From contig NW_027192192.1 in NCBI RefSeq assembly GCF_041956535.1, forward strand, positions 183,051-247,050: a DNA stretch of 64,000 nt, given 5' to 3'. Below the pieces are notes generated by a model, which saw only the letters and a list, made by a program, of their open reading frames with translations, did no database searches and was not told where the DNA came from. The stretch is from Calcarisporiella thermophila CBS 279.70. Its lineage: Eukaryota > Fungi > Calcarisporiellomycota. Position numbers and translations under genes: made by a program. Positions 1-13,407 of the stretch are shown here, one piece after another (the stretch's first letter is position 1; each line of letters opens with the position of its first letter).

Positions 1-1014
1 ATATGTTTGGCTATCCCCCATTCAGCCTTGTATCGTCTGTAGGTAAATAAAATAGGAGAGGTAAATGATATAAAAAAAAAATGTATACAAACTAGTCATT
101 ACCTTGTGAGGTGGACGATACAGCTTTCAACTCAACTTCCCGAGCAGTTCGCGGTTTGTTGTTATCAAATCTAAAGCCCAATTGTCTCAGAAATTCCCGG
201 GGAAACTTCTCAGAGACTACAGAAAACTGTTTTTTTCTCGCTTCAGGTTTTTCACTGGCTTGCAAAAGTGCAAGTTGTCGAAGGGTATGGTAGTATGAGT
301 TATCCGTGTGCTCTAGTAAATGATGAAATAAAATCATTCCATCTCGTGTATCAAAAAAGAATCTTGCTACTTCGTCTAGCTATTCTTTATAGGTAGAGGA
401 AGAGGAAAAGTCCTCCAAACTCATTTGACTATTCTTCTGCGAAGAGGACAGTAAGAAACGAGACTCAATCTGGGAAATAAAACGAGGAATAGATGTGGAG
501 AGAGCCGACAAGATGAAAATAAAAGCGAGTTATAATTAGAATAAAAAGATGTAAGATTTAATATATGATTTTTAACGAATTCAAAGATGTAGAGCAAAGA
601 AGAGTAAAAATGGTTTCGAGAATAAATATTCTTGAATATATATTGTATTTTTAAGGAAATATTAATACCGTTGCAGAGAGCTCTGAAATGCTGATTCTTC
701 AAAATCTAAATGCGGTATGTCTGATCAAGCTGGGAAACTCCCAGATTTAGAAATAATTTCTAGCTTTTTTTTTTGCTGAAATACAAGCCACATTTTCGAA
801 TGAATATACGCGACATTTTCTGCACCAGTTTCTTACGCGTGTATTACTTAGGTTTATATAGGTATGTGTGTCAATTATACAAGTGGCCCAAATAACGTGG
901 TCATCATCAATAGTTTGACCGATATATAAATCCACCTTATTTATAATTTTGTCATTTACATAATACTAGCAATCTTATACTCATTCCATTTTGTGCCATT
1001 AATCGATTATAAGT

Positions 1015-1632
1015 ATGGCCGAAGATGACGTGACAGCGGATCCTTCTCCTACGCCAGCATCCGGGAACGATGGTTCGAAACCGTCTGGATTTATTGCTTT
1101 AATAAAACCTTTAACCCGCCGTCCTAAGTCTTCCCTCGAACCGCAACCGGATAAACTCCAACTTCTTCAAGCAGAGCTCGCTGCCACTCAAGACCCGAAA
1201 AAACGATATGCAATATTAAAGCAGTCTGGTTTAGCGGATTTTGGCCCGTGGTCTCTAAAGGACACCATTTTTGATCCACCAGCCCCTAAGGAAATAAAAA
1301 AGGGTGACAAAGAGAATGGCGGGAAGAAACAAAAAGACGACAAGGCCAATACTCCTGCTGCTACGGTTAAACCTCCAGATAATGTATCCTCACTTAATAC
1401 CCCTCTCGTCAGCATTAGCTGGCAGACTCCACAATCCTATATCTCCCGGTATTACTGGCCATATTATTCTTATTACCCGTATGGCTATATTTGGCCATAT
1501 AGCTACTATAGTGGTACTTTCTATCCAACCATGAGATACTTGTATCCTGGAGGCTACGGCATCTATGGTGGCATGGGCGGGTATCCATACGGGGTCGGAA
1601 TGATGCAATATCCATACTATGCATTCATTTAA
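1015..1632 (+). CDS. Hypothetical 205-aa protein with Tyr/Pro/Gly-rich low-complexity C-terminus
   Basis: Single long ORF in AT-rich surroundings; C-terminal YYWPYYSYYPYGYIWPY...GGYGIYGGMGGYPYG; no recognised domain. Confidence 0.6.
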   Translation: MAEDDVTADPSPTPASGNDGSKPSGFIALIKPLTRRPKSSLEPQPDKLQLLQAELAATQDPKKRYAILKQSGLADFGPWSLKDTIFDPPAPKEIKKGDKENGGKKQKDDKANTPAATVKPPDNVSSLNTPLVSISWQTPQSYISRYYWPYYSYYPYGYIWPYSYYSGTFYPTMRYLYPGGYGIYGGMGGYPYGVGMMQYPYYAFI

Positions 1633-1872
1633 GTCTTTGTATTTTTTTTTTTGTTCCGTTAACTTTTGATTGCTTTTAAATACTCTCTAATATCTATTTA
1701 TATCTATTTATTTCCCCCCGATTCTCGCACTGTTATATTTTGAGCTTCTCTCATATATCAAGTTCCTTTTATCTATTCCACTCCTGTTGTATTAAAAATG
1801 AAACGGTGATCTTCATTTAAAGCTAGCCAAAATTATTGAGTCCAATTAGGTATGGCAAATAAATAATGACCT

Positions 1873-1895
1873 AATCAATCAATCAATCAATCAAT
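1873..1895. repeat. (AATC)n microsatellite
   Basis: About 5 tandem AATC units between convergent genes. Confidence 0.8.
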
Positions 1896-2007
1896 AAGGT
1901 ATACCAAAATCGATAAATAATAAGCGTTTGCATGTGTATTATAACAAATAAATACTTTAAATTATTGCAAAAAGATTAGGGGAAGAAAGAGAAGCACGGC
2001 TACAGGG

Positions 2008-5000
2008 TTAGCCTGTGATCATACGCAGAATTAAATAGAGGGTACTGCCGGTAAAACGAATGACTGAAAGCGCAACAACACTCCAGAGGACAAAGGCAAA
2101 GTATCTGGGTGTGGATTCTAGGAAAGAATACGAGCGTTTTAGTATGGTGCAAGGTAGTTTCTAGCCGATCCCGAAATCCAGAAAAGGCAGTTAAAACTTA
2201 CGCGCATTTGGACTGAATTCGGCAGACATCAAATGGATTACCAGCACCACCAGGAGGGCATTGCTTAGAATCCACGCGACAACAAGGCGCGTCCTAAAAC
2301 CGCGATAGTAGTCCTCCTGCTTCGTTTTCGCATCACGCTTCTGCTTTGGTGCCTCGACCTTATGTTGCAATTCTGTCATTGCTAAATCATAGTCGGCATT
2401 GAGATCTTTTTCTTCAGTTGGGATGGCTATTTCAGCAGTTTGGACCCCATTTTCTTGGGACGATTTGACTACGCCAAGATCAGTGGCCACCGTATTGTCT
2501 CCTTTTGTGCCCCAGCTAGTTGATAAAGGGTCAACTCCAGCACGTGTTTTCCCAGGAATGTAACTTATCCAATAGCAAATATCTTACCTGACATCGTGGG
2601 TGTTACAAAATGCGTATATATTCAGTACATTGATATAGCTCGGCATCATGAACATGTATTGAATAAACGACGTGATCATGTGCCAGGCATCCAAATACAA
2701 GAGTGATGAAACAATATACATCAAATAGGTTGCGGCAAAGGAAATAACGATATCACGGAACGTACTATTGCTGAGGAGGGCAAGAGCTTTGGTGAATCCA
2801 GCACCTTTTGCATTTTCAACGGCCACGGTCACGCCGACCCAAGTAATATAGATAGATGCGAAAATCATATAGCCCATAATGAAGGCAAAGAATATCATGA
2901 TCATGGTGTATGCATACTTGGAGCTGTGATAAGCGACAAATAAAATGATGACATGTTACTTAGTTGAATTGCCTTTGCGTCTCTTATAAATCAATAACCA
3001 TACCCTTGAGGCCTATTACCAAGAGCCATTACAAACTGCACCACAAGCAGTGTTACATATATATACGTCAACACCATCTTAAAACCTAGCGCAACATTCA
3101 TCGAGAAGGGGCGTTGTTTATCCAAATGGACTAGAGCCTCTGCTAGGGAATAGAATGTGAGGTAGAAATTACCCTAAAAAATGTATCCATACTGTATGTT
3201 AGCCCATGAGTTACTTAGGTGAATAAAATATAAATTACCATTCCAAACCATGAAAACAAAAGGGAATAGCATTGGTAAATAAACTCAAAGTAGAGTAAGA
3301 ATTTACGCAGAACTGAGTGCCGACTTCTATTAATTTGCGCGAAATGGAAAAGGGCATATACGGCAGCGAAAAATGATCCATTTAACCAGCGGCGGCGCTG
3401 GGATACAAACTCGGGCACAGTATCTGGCACATCTGTTTCTCCATAGGCACTAGCGACATACTTTAACACCCATGCATCATCTTTCTTTGCGACCAATTCA
3501 AAACATAAAATCCGATCTTCGGCCAAATACATGTTGGCCGTAAATACATCTGCATCCCCACCATGCTGTTTTTCTCCCTTGAAGTAGGAATTGAGCGGAC
3601 CTGCGCCAGTGGTAGGGTCGTTCTGAAGGGCTATATACCGGTAGGCTGAAAAAGCTCCTGGTAGCACCGAGATGTAGCCAAAAACCGACTCAAGGGGTTT
3701 GTCGAGGATATTGGACATTTTGTATTCAAAGTTTTGTGCCGCAACCAGCGGATTAATGAGGTTTACTCCCACCGTGCCAGTCATAGCTCGAATCTCACCA
3801 CAAGCCCCCGCAACATTCGAATTGATATCAAACGCCTATAAAGACGCTATATGTTATTTCTTATCCGCGGGAAAGGACGCGAGAATCAATTCTATACCTC
3901 ACCTTCCAGAGATGGTATATTGAGGTTGGACCAGGTCTGGTCCCAACATCTAGCAGGACGCATACATTTGGCTGGATGATGGGGCCAAATCCATTGAAAA
4001 ACCAACGATGTGAGTTGATTTTCTTTTGGTTCTGCTCCTTCAAGCAGAAGATAACCTGCACTGGCACCAAGCCCTTTTCGGCTCCTTTTTTTTTCAATTC
4101 TGGATCCAGAGATATCTGGGTGGTGAACTACGGTTGACGAAAAGTGTCAGCTTATTCCAATGCCTATTTGGGTCAAATACAGAAAAGAATACCTCGTAAA
4201 TATGTGCAGTAACCGGTTTACCATTGACAACGTTCTTCGCCACCCCGTCCTGATATACGCCCATTGCTGAAAGTACATGTAACGTACGAGGGTGGATCTT
4301 GCTTCGACCATCGGAGACAATACAAACCACAACCTTTTTCCATCCGTCTTTTCCCCATGTACGGCTTCGATCGCGCGTACAGAGATGTGCAATGTTTTTC
4401 ATGACTCCGTGCATCGTGCGACAAAAAAGGATCTCATCTTCCTGAATAGGCGAACGTTAAGCAATAATAATGTCAAAATTAGCAAAAATACTCTCACGAA
4501 TTTGTAACCATTAAAATAGTTGGGCGTACATTATACATAGTCATAACAATAAAGAGCTCAGTACTCCGGCCCATAAGAGGCTGTCTAAGTGAAAAACCTT
4601 CCGACTTGAAGTTGTTTGGATCGCAAGTTGCGGCCGTGTAGCGCATGTGCGTGAACTCTTTCTCATTTTTTAAGGGAACGCCATCCAAGTATCTTGAGGG
4701 GACTGGGCAGTCAAGCACCAAGTTACCATCCGTCTACCACAGAAGAGGCTTCGATTGTTATATAAAATAGAAGGGAAAATGCTGTAGATATACTATACGT
4801 ACAAGCTGCACACGTTTAACAGTCCTATGTCGCCTAGGCTGGTGACGCGGCGCGGTACCATAATGCATCATCGGCATCTGCAGCTCGATGTGAGGCTCTT
4901 TCGGGCTTTTCTTCTCATTTACTTCCATCCCACCCCCATTTTCATTTCCACTACCAAATGTCCCTTGACGAATTGGCTCCTGCCTATATCCAAGGTGTTC

Positions 5001-5315
5001 TGAATAATTAGTTGGAGCCCTGCGGAAACTGTACTCGGTTGGCGGAGCTGGCGGATTGTTGTAGACCGCCGGAGGAGGGCTGACTACAGGGTGTGGATAT
5101 GGGGCATGAGGCTCGTGATATGTAGGAGAAATAGGCTCACTGGAAGGAGATGGTGCCCCGTGCTTTAGAAGAGGATGTCGCATTGAGAATTCGTCATTAG
5201 CCATAGGTGTGTAGTCATCATTTGGAGTAGGTACGGGAGGCTGCAAGACCTGAGGGGCGGCCATGTAGTGGGAATGGCCCTCAGGATAATGGGGCTGGCT
5301 GGGATTCCGATACAT
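2008..5315 (-). CDS. CHS: Chitin synthase, division 1 (class I/II type), multi-exon
   Basis: Motifs [66 protein letters not shown] across GT-AG-bounded exons; start MYRNPSQ at 5315, last exon ends ...LILRMITG*. Confidence 0.96.
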
Positions 5316-6013
5316 GATGTAGGTGCCGAGAGAAGAGAACGCGAGAAAGAGTCGGGGAGGAGTAGAGCTTAAGCGAAAATAAAGTAAGGTCGTACAGGTG
5401 CTTAAAAAAGAAAATGTGCAGAGCCTCAGCAACTGTGCTGAAATTTTTTTTTTCCGTTTTGCAGCCACGCTCGAAGTGAAAAATTGGGCTGAGGCCTCTA
5501 TGCTCAAGGTTGCCTTCTTATTTCCCTCTAGCCCGTGGTATCATGTTTCCTAACCCATGCCGTCCCTTCAATTTGTTATATCTTCTGTCCCTATAATGAG
5601 TCCCTCGTCCTCTATATGGTGGCATATCTGATGGGAGCCTATTTTGTTTTGTACAATATTGGTAGGGATGAATTTTCTCTCCAGGTTAGCAAATTTAACT
5701 CTAATAAGTGCTTTCCCAATGGCCATTGCCGGCTTACAACTGAGTATTTGGAGACGTGCCTTCTTATTGAAGTCAATAAAATCAAAGGTGCTGGTTCATA
5801 GTTTTCAATCTCCCAAGAACTAGGATTCCCAAAATTAAATAGGCATAAAAAGCCTACTTTCAGAAGAGTCTGAAGAGCAATAAAATAGATCGAACCAAAA
5901 AATTACTGTTATTCGAATCACAACTGATATTGTTTCTCGAAGAGATACAGAAAAGATCGCCATCAGCAACTATAGAGCTTTGCCTTTGAATTATTTCATA
6001 TTTCTTTCACATA

Positions 6014-8585
6014 ATGGCTTCTGCGGAACGACAATCTACTTTATTTCGCCACTCTTTTTGGCCACGCAGTGCTCACAATCCACATGACTTCTCTACAGGG
6101 TTACAGGCTCTCCACACGCGTCTCGATCAATTATATGGAGAAATCGCTGTTATAGCTAATTACTTCCTTGCCTACGCAAATGCTGAGGAATCACATTCTA
6201 CACGTCTACTCTCAATTCACACCAATCCTACCCCCATCTCTTCCTCGGCTGCAATTTTGGCCACTCTTTCACCAACCCCTGTGCGTAAATTTGCAAAGAA
6301 TCCTTCAGAAGAGACAACAGTACAACGTGGATTCGATTTAATAAGGAAAGAACTGGAGCAAGAAGCACAAGAGCGCCAAAAGTTAGCAAAAGAGCTTGCA
6401 GATAGAGTAGCAAAACCACTTGAAAGATTTACGGAGGAATATCGAAGAAAAGTGAGGGTTGGACGTGAGAGAGTCGAGTTGAAGGTGAAAATATTTGCCA
6501 AAATACTCCGTGATGTAACTAAGACCAAGTCCCAGTATGAAACAAAATGTCGCTCTCTTGAGGAAGCACGCGAGCTAAAGGCCACTGACTTGAACATTTC
6601 GTCGGCTCCGTCTTCTTTGAATAAGCAAGAGGGCATTAAAATTGACTCTTGGGCTATAACGCGCATGCAATCAGAACTCCCCGCGCATGACAAGAAGTTT
6701 CCCTTGCTTGGTACATACCGTGGCGTACACACCGGCGAAGATATTGTTAAGTGGCTATGCACTAACCATCCATCATGCAAGCTACCAGCTGATGCAGAGA
6801 AGTTTGGGCAAACCCTAGTGCAACAAGGGCATTTGCGACGAGTAGGCCAAATTGGAAATAGCTTTGTTGGGAGTGACGAGGCGTTCTACCTCTGGCGGGA
6901 GAAGAGTGAGGGTGGAGTAGGTGCTGGGATGGGAAAGGCGCTTGCAAACATTTGGGCAGGGGCTGAAAATATTACGAATGCTGCATCCTCAAATAGTAGT
7001 ATAGCACTCACAGGCGGAATGGGGCTCGAGGATCATGTGAAAAAACTGGAGTCAGAAGTTGCCCATGCTGATACCGCTTACCTCTCTGCGGTTCGAAAGG
7101 CTGATTTAGCGCGGCAGGAAGTGGAGCAACTTCTTTTTGAGCATTTTGATGAAATGGAAAATCTGGAGATGGACCGTGTGGATGCCATTCGGTTGGCATA
7201 CAACTGTTTGGCCGAAGTCATTGCCAACTCTGCCCCCAATGTTAAAGAGATAGGTGAGCGGCTGGGGGTGATACACGAAACATTGAAGCCGCTGCAGGAT
7301 GTTCGATATTCTGTAGATCGATGCAGAACAGGAACCTACACACCCCAGCCCATTATTTATGAGAATTTTTACCATGGAAAGGCACAGGGTTAGTATAGAG
7401 CCTTATTTAAGTTCTCTGTGTTGTTCCCTCTTCTCGGCAATGCCATTGCTGATAAAATTCTGTATCTCTAGACCAGATTTTCGGTGTCCCTATCGAAGAA
7501 TTGTCTAGAGAGGAAAAAAATGACGTGCCACATTTAGTAGCAACCTGTTTAAAGTTAATCGAAGACGGGTCTGCGGAGCTACCGGTGGAAGGTAAGTTTC
7601 CGTGCATATATATACGTAGTTCATTCATCACGTAAGAGCCTATATTCTAGATAAACTCAACATTTGGACACACGATCCTCCGCTCTCTGATATATTCCCT
7701 CTGCGTAATGCCGTTAATGATCCCGCGAATTTTTCTGTGGATACGCTCCGTAATCAAGCATTGCCGCTTGTGGCAGCCCTTCTGCGCACATACTTTGCAG
7801 AGCTGCCCGAATGTCTTTTCACTACGGAACTCTATGACGCTCTGCACACACTATACCTTACCGGAGACGCGCAAAACGGTGGTGTGCGTATGAAATCGGT
7901 TGCCAATTTGCTTGCAACGCTTCCAACCACTTCATTTACTACGCTTGAAAAATTTCTTGCAAGATTAAATGCTCTCTACATTGAGTCACAAGACCGAAAC
8001 AATTCTGGGACCGTATCAAAAGGAGAAGACTGGGCTAGCAATGTAGCTAAATTGTGGGCGCCTGCCCTTTTACGTACTCATACGGAGGGTCCTCGCAGTT
8101 TTGACAATCGCCATCCCCCTCGCGTCATCCACGACCTTATCTTATGTCACGACGAGATTTTCACCGAGGAAACGCGGAAAGCTCTCTATAAAAACTCCAT
8201 GAGATTACCGCTCCAAACTAAACCAGCCACAATAGAGGATGAGGTGAAAAAACGAAACTCGTCTGAACAAGGGAGGGCGACACCTGAGAAGCATGAAAAT
8301 AGACAAGGAGAAGTCCTATTTACACTTTCGCCTGTGGAAGGGAGTGGGAAAGGGTGGCCACGCGATGAGAAAGATAACGAGAAAGATAAAAAGGAGAATG
8401 ACGTGATAATTGAGAGGGAAATAGGTAAAAGTCAGGCTGAAGAGAAAAGTGGAGAGAGAAATCGAAGCGTAGAAAGCACATCCAACCAAGAAAAGCGAGA
8501 AGAGCTAGCAGTGAACCATAAAGCGCATGCAAATGAAGAGAATAATAGCGATGATGATGATATAGACCCTTTTTTTAAAGATTGA
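6014..8585 (+). CDS. F-BAR(FCH)-DEP-RhoGAP protein (Rgd2/Rga8 family), 3 exons
   Basis: N-terminal F..SFW FCH start and coiled coil; DEP-like TGEDIVKWL...AEKFGQTLVQQGHL; IFGVPIEEL and AALLRTYFAELPECLF RhoGAP motifs; introns about 7389-7470 and 7592-7650. Confidence 0.88.
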
Positions 8586-8864
8586 ATAGTTTTGTGTCAT
8601 GCTAGATTATTATTTGCTTACTATATAATTTATTTACGACGAGCAATTGTTCACTAGTTTTTATCTCTCTAGTCTTCTTTCCCCGTTGTTTTTATTTCTT
8701 TTTCGTCATTAGATAAAGATTCATGGTCAGATGCAGGATGCCAAAATTACGAAATTTCAACCGACTTGTCCAATTTGCCACCAGTTACTCGTCCACGTGA
8801 GCTACAACTTTTTGTAAAACCTGGTGCAGTAGTCTTAATTTTATCTTCACTTAATCTTTATACA

Positions 8865-10446
8865 ATGAACTTGCATCGCGCTCAATCACCATATGATGTC
8901 CCGGGCCTTTTATACGCGGGCTTCAATCAAGATCATGGCTGCTTTTCACTAGGTCTCGAAAACGGATTTCGAATCTTCAACTGCGATCCGCTAAAAGAAA
9001 AGATGCGAAAAGGTTCATTACTAAATTACTTCTTTTTTTCCCGCCTTGATTAGATGAATTGCTGACTTGAAGATTTTGTAGACTTTGAGGATGGAGGGAT
9101 AGGAATCGTAGAGATGTTGTTTCGCACCAACTACTTGGCCCTAGTGGGAGGAGGAAAAAACCCGAAATATCCACCAAACAAGGTGGTCATTTGGGACGAT
9201 TTGAAGAACAAAGCCGTGGTAGAGTTGGAGTTCAGAAGTGAAGTTAAGAATGTGAAGCTGCGGAGAGATCGGTAAGTGTCCTCTACCGCTTGAAGAAAAC
9301 GATATAATACTAATTGACTCCCTTCGCAGGATTGTGGTAGTTTTAGTAAATAAGGTAATAGTGTATCTCTTTAGCCCAACGCCACAGAAGCTGCATGTAT
9401 TTGAAACGGTTGACAATGAAAAAGGTGATAACACAGAGGCTACTTTCTGGCCTATTCTCTCCGCTTTTACTGAGCTATCCTATGTATACATGCTAGGACT
9501 TGCCGCACTCTCCTCCAACTCTAACGCCTCCATACTCGCCTTTCCCGGTCGCCAACGAGGCCATATTCAGATTGTCAATCTTTATTCCGCATTTCCTACC
9601 ACAACTGTCACTGCGTCTCACCCTCCGCGGTCACCCGCCTCCACAACAAACTCTGCAAACAAATTCTCCGAATTGAAGACCACGGTAACCACACCCAATG
9701 TCAGCATTATTGCAGCGCACACTGGAAGGCTAAGTTGTCTGGCAGTCAGCCAGGATGGAACTAAATGTGCGAGTGCCAGTGAGAAGGGAACGTTGATCAG
9801 AGTGTTTGATACAGCATCTGGAAAATTACTCAATGAACTTCGGAGAGGTGTGGACCGGGCAGAAATCTATAGGTCTGTTGCCATCATTGCGCGTAACTTG
9901 TACTAGATTGTTCATCTTTCTCTTCTTTATTTTAACAATGTAGCATTGCCTTCAATCCCGAAGCAACACGGCTCTGTGTTTCATCTGATAAGGGCACTGT
10001 CCACGTCTTCAACCTCGATCCAAGCGTAACCACCGATGTGGAGCTTGAGGCTGCTGGACAGGGTGGTAGCGGCGGACCTCACTATGGCGAAATTGCCGTC
10101 AATAATCCGATTCTAAATCCCTCGCCAAGTGGGAATCGACAATCCAGGTATTGTATTCTGTACCCTAGCAGATTCATCCCAAAATGACATAACCACTCCT
10201 CTCCCGGTATGTAGTTTGTCCTTTATGAAAGATCTTTTACCAAAGTACTTTTCCTCTGAATGGAGCTTCGCCCATTTTCGAATCCACACGGATTGTCGCT
10301 GCATATGTGGATGGGGTTCCGAGAGAAACTCGGTCATAGTGGTGTGTGCGGATGGGAGCTGCTACAAATTCTATTTTGATCCTCGGAAAGGTGGTGAGGG
10401 AGTTAGAGATAGCTACATGAAATTCTTGACTGGTGTCGATGATTAA
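8865..10446 (+). CDS. HSV2: PROPPIN WD40 phosphoinositide-binding protein (Hsv2/WIPI3-4 type)
   Basis: [34 protein letters not shown] lipid-binding motif, [10 protein letters not shown]; several short introns. Confidence 0.92.
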
Positions 10447-11455
10447 TTTTCTTATTTAATTCCTAAATGTATACAACCATGCAAATATTTTAAATTTCTT
10501 TTAGTAAAAAAGCCATCTCACTGATTATTCTTCACCTACTTTCTTCCCTCTCTTCGTCTACTTCTACTTCTACTTTTCTTTCACATTTCCCCTTATATCC
10601 CTATTCATTCTTACGAAATATATGCATCGACTAGAGAGGCTGCCCCTTCCCTAGACAAACCCACGATTGAATCATTGATAACCATATTAGAGCAATGTGA
10701 CTGCTCTTGTCCCATAATTTCAATATCAGTGTGGCAGAACCTTAGGCTGTTCAAATAAGCGGAGTGTCAGAAACAAAGGTTGTGTTGATACGAGTCGAGA
10801 GATGGTTGGCACATCCTCTTGAGAAGAACGGAGCTGCGCTTTATGCGCTAAATCAACACACTCGTTGTGTTAAAGGGCATAGTCGTCTTAGGACGGCATC
10901 TTTAACAGTTTTTTCCTCTCTACCAGGGTTGAAGTTGATAATTCACAGCTTTTACAAATTCAAACGATTTGGAATATATTGCTTCCATAGGTTTTGTCGC
11001 CCTCTTTTTTTTTGGAGTAGGTGAATTTTTTTGTTATATATAATTATTATCGAGGAATGGATAGAATATAGGCCATTTCCTTCACTTCAAAGTGGCTGTA
11101 ATAGAAGTTATTGGCATTGGCAGCCATTCTTACTCAATAGTGAAGGAATCTCCATGGCAAACGCAAGTGGTGAGCATATCAGTAGGCTTTAACAATGGGC
11201 ATTTCAAACATGAGTTGAAGAGCTAAGCCCTCCCTAAGAGATCACAAAGGGTAGGGAGATAAGCATTTATAGGCAAATATTTTCATTCAATTTTTTTCTA
11301 TTCTACTTTTTTGGACGCTCTTAATCTGGGCAGTATTGTTCAAGGATGCCAAGCTCGAAGCAGGTTGAGGGTAGCCAGAAATTGTGACCGATTTTCCAAA
11401 ATAAATCCGTTTACAGCACACGCGTCACTTTCCGTTCCATTTGACATTCCATGCA

Positions 11456-13407
11456 ATGACCAGAGCCATGGTTTATCTTCGAACCAACCACCTAACATTA
11501 CGACTCCTTCCTACATATACCTATCCCTCCTCTCCAAATGCTCGCCTAAGTCTACTGCTGAGATGCCGTCCACAATCTTTCGCCACCTCTCTACCAAAAT
11601 TCTCCTACGCCTCTTTCTCGACCTCACGTCCCCCCTCTCCTCCCGAGAGCCAGGGTGAGAGGAGAGCAACTCAACCACAGAATGAACCCATTATTCTCGA
11701 AGAGCTCCTCTATGGTCGAACTCGTATCTATACTAGCCTACCGCCACGCCCAACCTCTCCCACTCATTCGAAAACCTCCCCTTCCATTCCCCTCACTTCT
11801 AGTCGCAAGAAATCGTCGCCATTACCCTGGTATTGGCGCAAACCGGAAGCTGCTGCCACAGCGACAACAACGCAAGCTGGGGATGAGAGAAATAAAAAGT
11901 GGTTTGGCGGATTCGGGAGCATGAAGCAAAGCTTAAGCGCTATGTTCTTGCCAGTTGGGTACCCCGAGACGGTTCATGAATGCTACAAGAAATTCCACTT
12001 ATGGCAGGCGTCCGAAACTTTTGTTGGTAGCGCGGTAATTTATCTTTTTTTTTTCGCTTTATAGTTATGAATGGCCGCTTTACTCTGTTCAAGTATACAG
12101 GTGGGTGTGCTGTGCTCTCAGGCAATGTTAGCCTCCCTTGGGCTTGGAGAGGAAGCAGCAACAGGAGGAGCTGTTGCGATTCAGTGGTAAGGCTTGATGC
12201 TGCCCATTATGTTATCTGCAGCTTTTGAATAATGGAATACTGATTACTATGATCCTGTCCTATTAGGGTGCTTAAGGATGGTTTTGGTGAGGTTGGCAAG
12301 CTCTTTTTCATCAAGCGCTTCGCCTTTTCTTTTGACTCCCACCCCAAGACTTGGAAATTTGTCAGTGAAATATTTTCCCTGGTGGGCTCGTTTCTTCAAC
12401 TCTGTACCTCTATCGCACCCACCAAATACTTTCTCCCGCTGGCGAGTCTAGGCAACGCATGCGAATCCATCCACTATAGTGTGTGGGGAGCCAGCCATAT
12501 GACTTTCACGCGCAACTTTGCAGTAGGTATCTCTTTGATTAGCGACGCCATCTTCCCTTGAAGCTGAAATCCTTTATGCTGGCGAAAATAGTTGGCGGGA
12601 AATGTAGGAGACGTTGTGGCCAAAACCGATGCACAGACATCGCTGGCGCATCTTGTCGGCATGTTGTCCGGGGTCGGCCTTATCACCATTTCGCATGACC
12701 CCTCCTTCCTCTTTGCCTGCTATGCCGCTCTTGCCCCACTAAATCTTTACTCCACCGTCTCTCTATTGAATTCGGCGAACTTTGAAATTTTGAACCAGGC
12801 CAAACTCACCTTGATCGCAAGGCAATACATCGACACCGAAACGGTGCCTACCATGCAGGAGCTGAAGGATCGGGAGATTGGGTTCGGAGAGTGGATTAAA
12901 CCAGGAAAGGGAGCCATGGATGTAAGACTCCAGTTGGGGGTCATGGGGACCGAGGCGTTTGGGAACGTGGAGGAGATCTTGCGTTGCATCGAGGTTTTCA
13001 AGGTAAGGAGTTTTCCTACCCATGTCAATTCATCTCCTAATATTTGGCACACCCTTTTCTAGAAAGAGAACTACCTTCTGAATTATCACAAAAACACCTT
13101 CTCCGTACTCTTTCACGCCGATGCCGAGTCGAACGACGTTATCCGTGCGATTCTGCACGCCGTGAAGTTCCATGACTTGCTTTTCCGTCGCCCGGATGCC
13201 AAAGTTAGCCCGGTACAGAGAGCGCTGGAGGACGAGGAGGAGATGAGGCGGCTACTGGAGGAGAGTTTACAGTGGACACGGAAAATGTATCCGCAGTTTG
13301 TCGCAGAGCTTGACCAGAAAGACTGGCAGTCGGACATGGTGTTCTGGAAGGATCGTGGGTTTAGAGTACAGTGGGCACGGGATGAACCACAGGTGACAAA
13401 AGACTGA
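11456..13407 (+). CDS. RUS/DUF647 (root UV-B sensitive / RUSF1-like) family protein
   Basis: FLPVGYPETV, AIQW-LKDG.GE.GKL.F, FDSHPKTWK, GNVGDVVAK, ENYLL motifs typical of DUF647; N-terminus resembles an organellar targeting peptide. Confidence 0.85.

Noticed and set aside
1-420. Minus-strand coding-like fragment (ORF 92-337)
   Set aside because: Truncated by the window edge, upstream in-frame stop, no recognisable motif.
7590-7720. RhoGAP lacking the canonical GIFR arginine-finger motif
   Set aside because: A divergent motif here is, to my knowledge, typical of the Rgd2/Rga8 family rather than novel.
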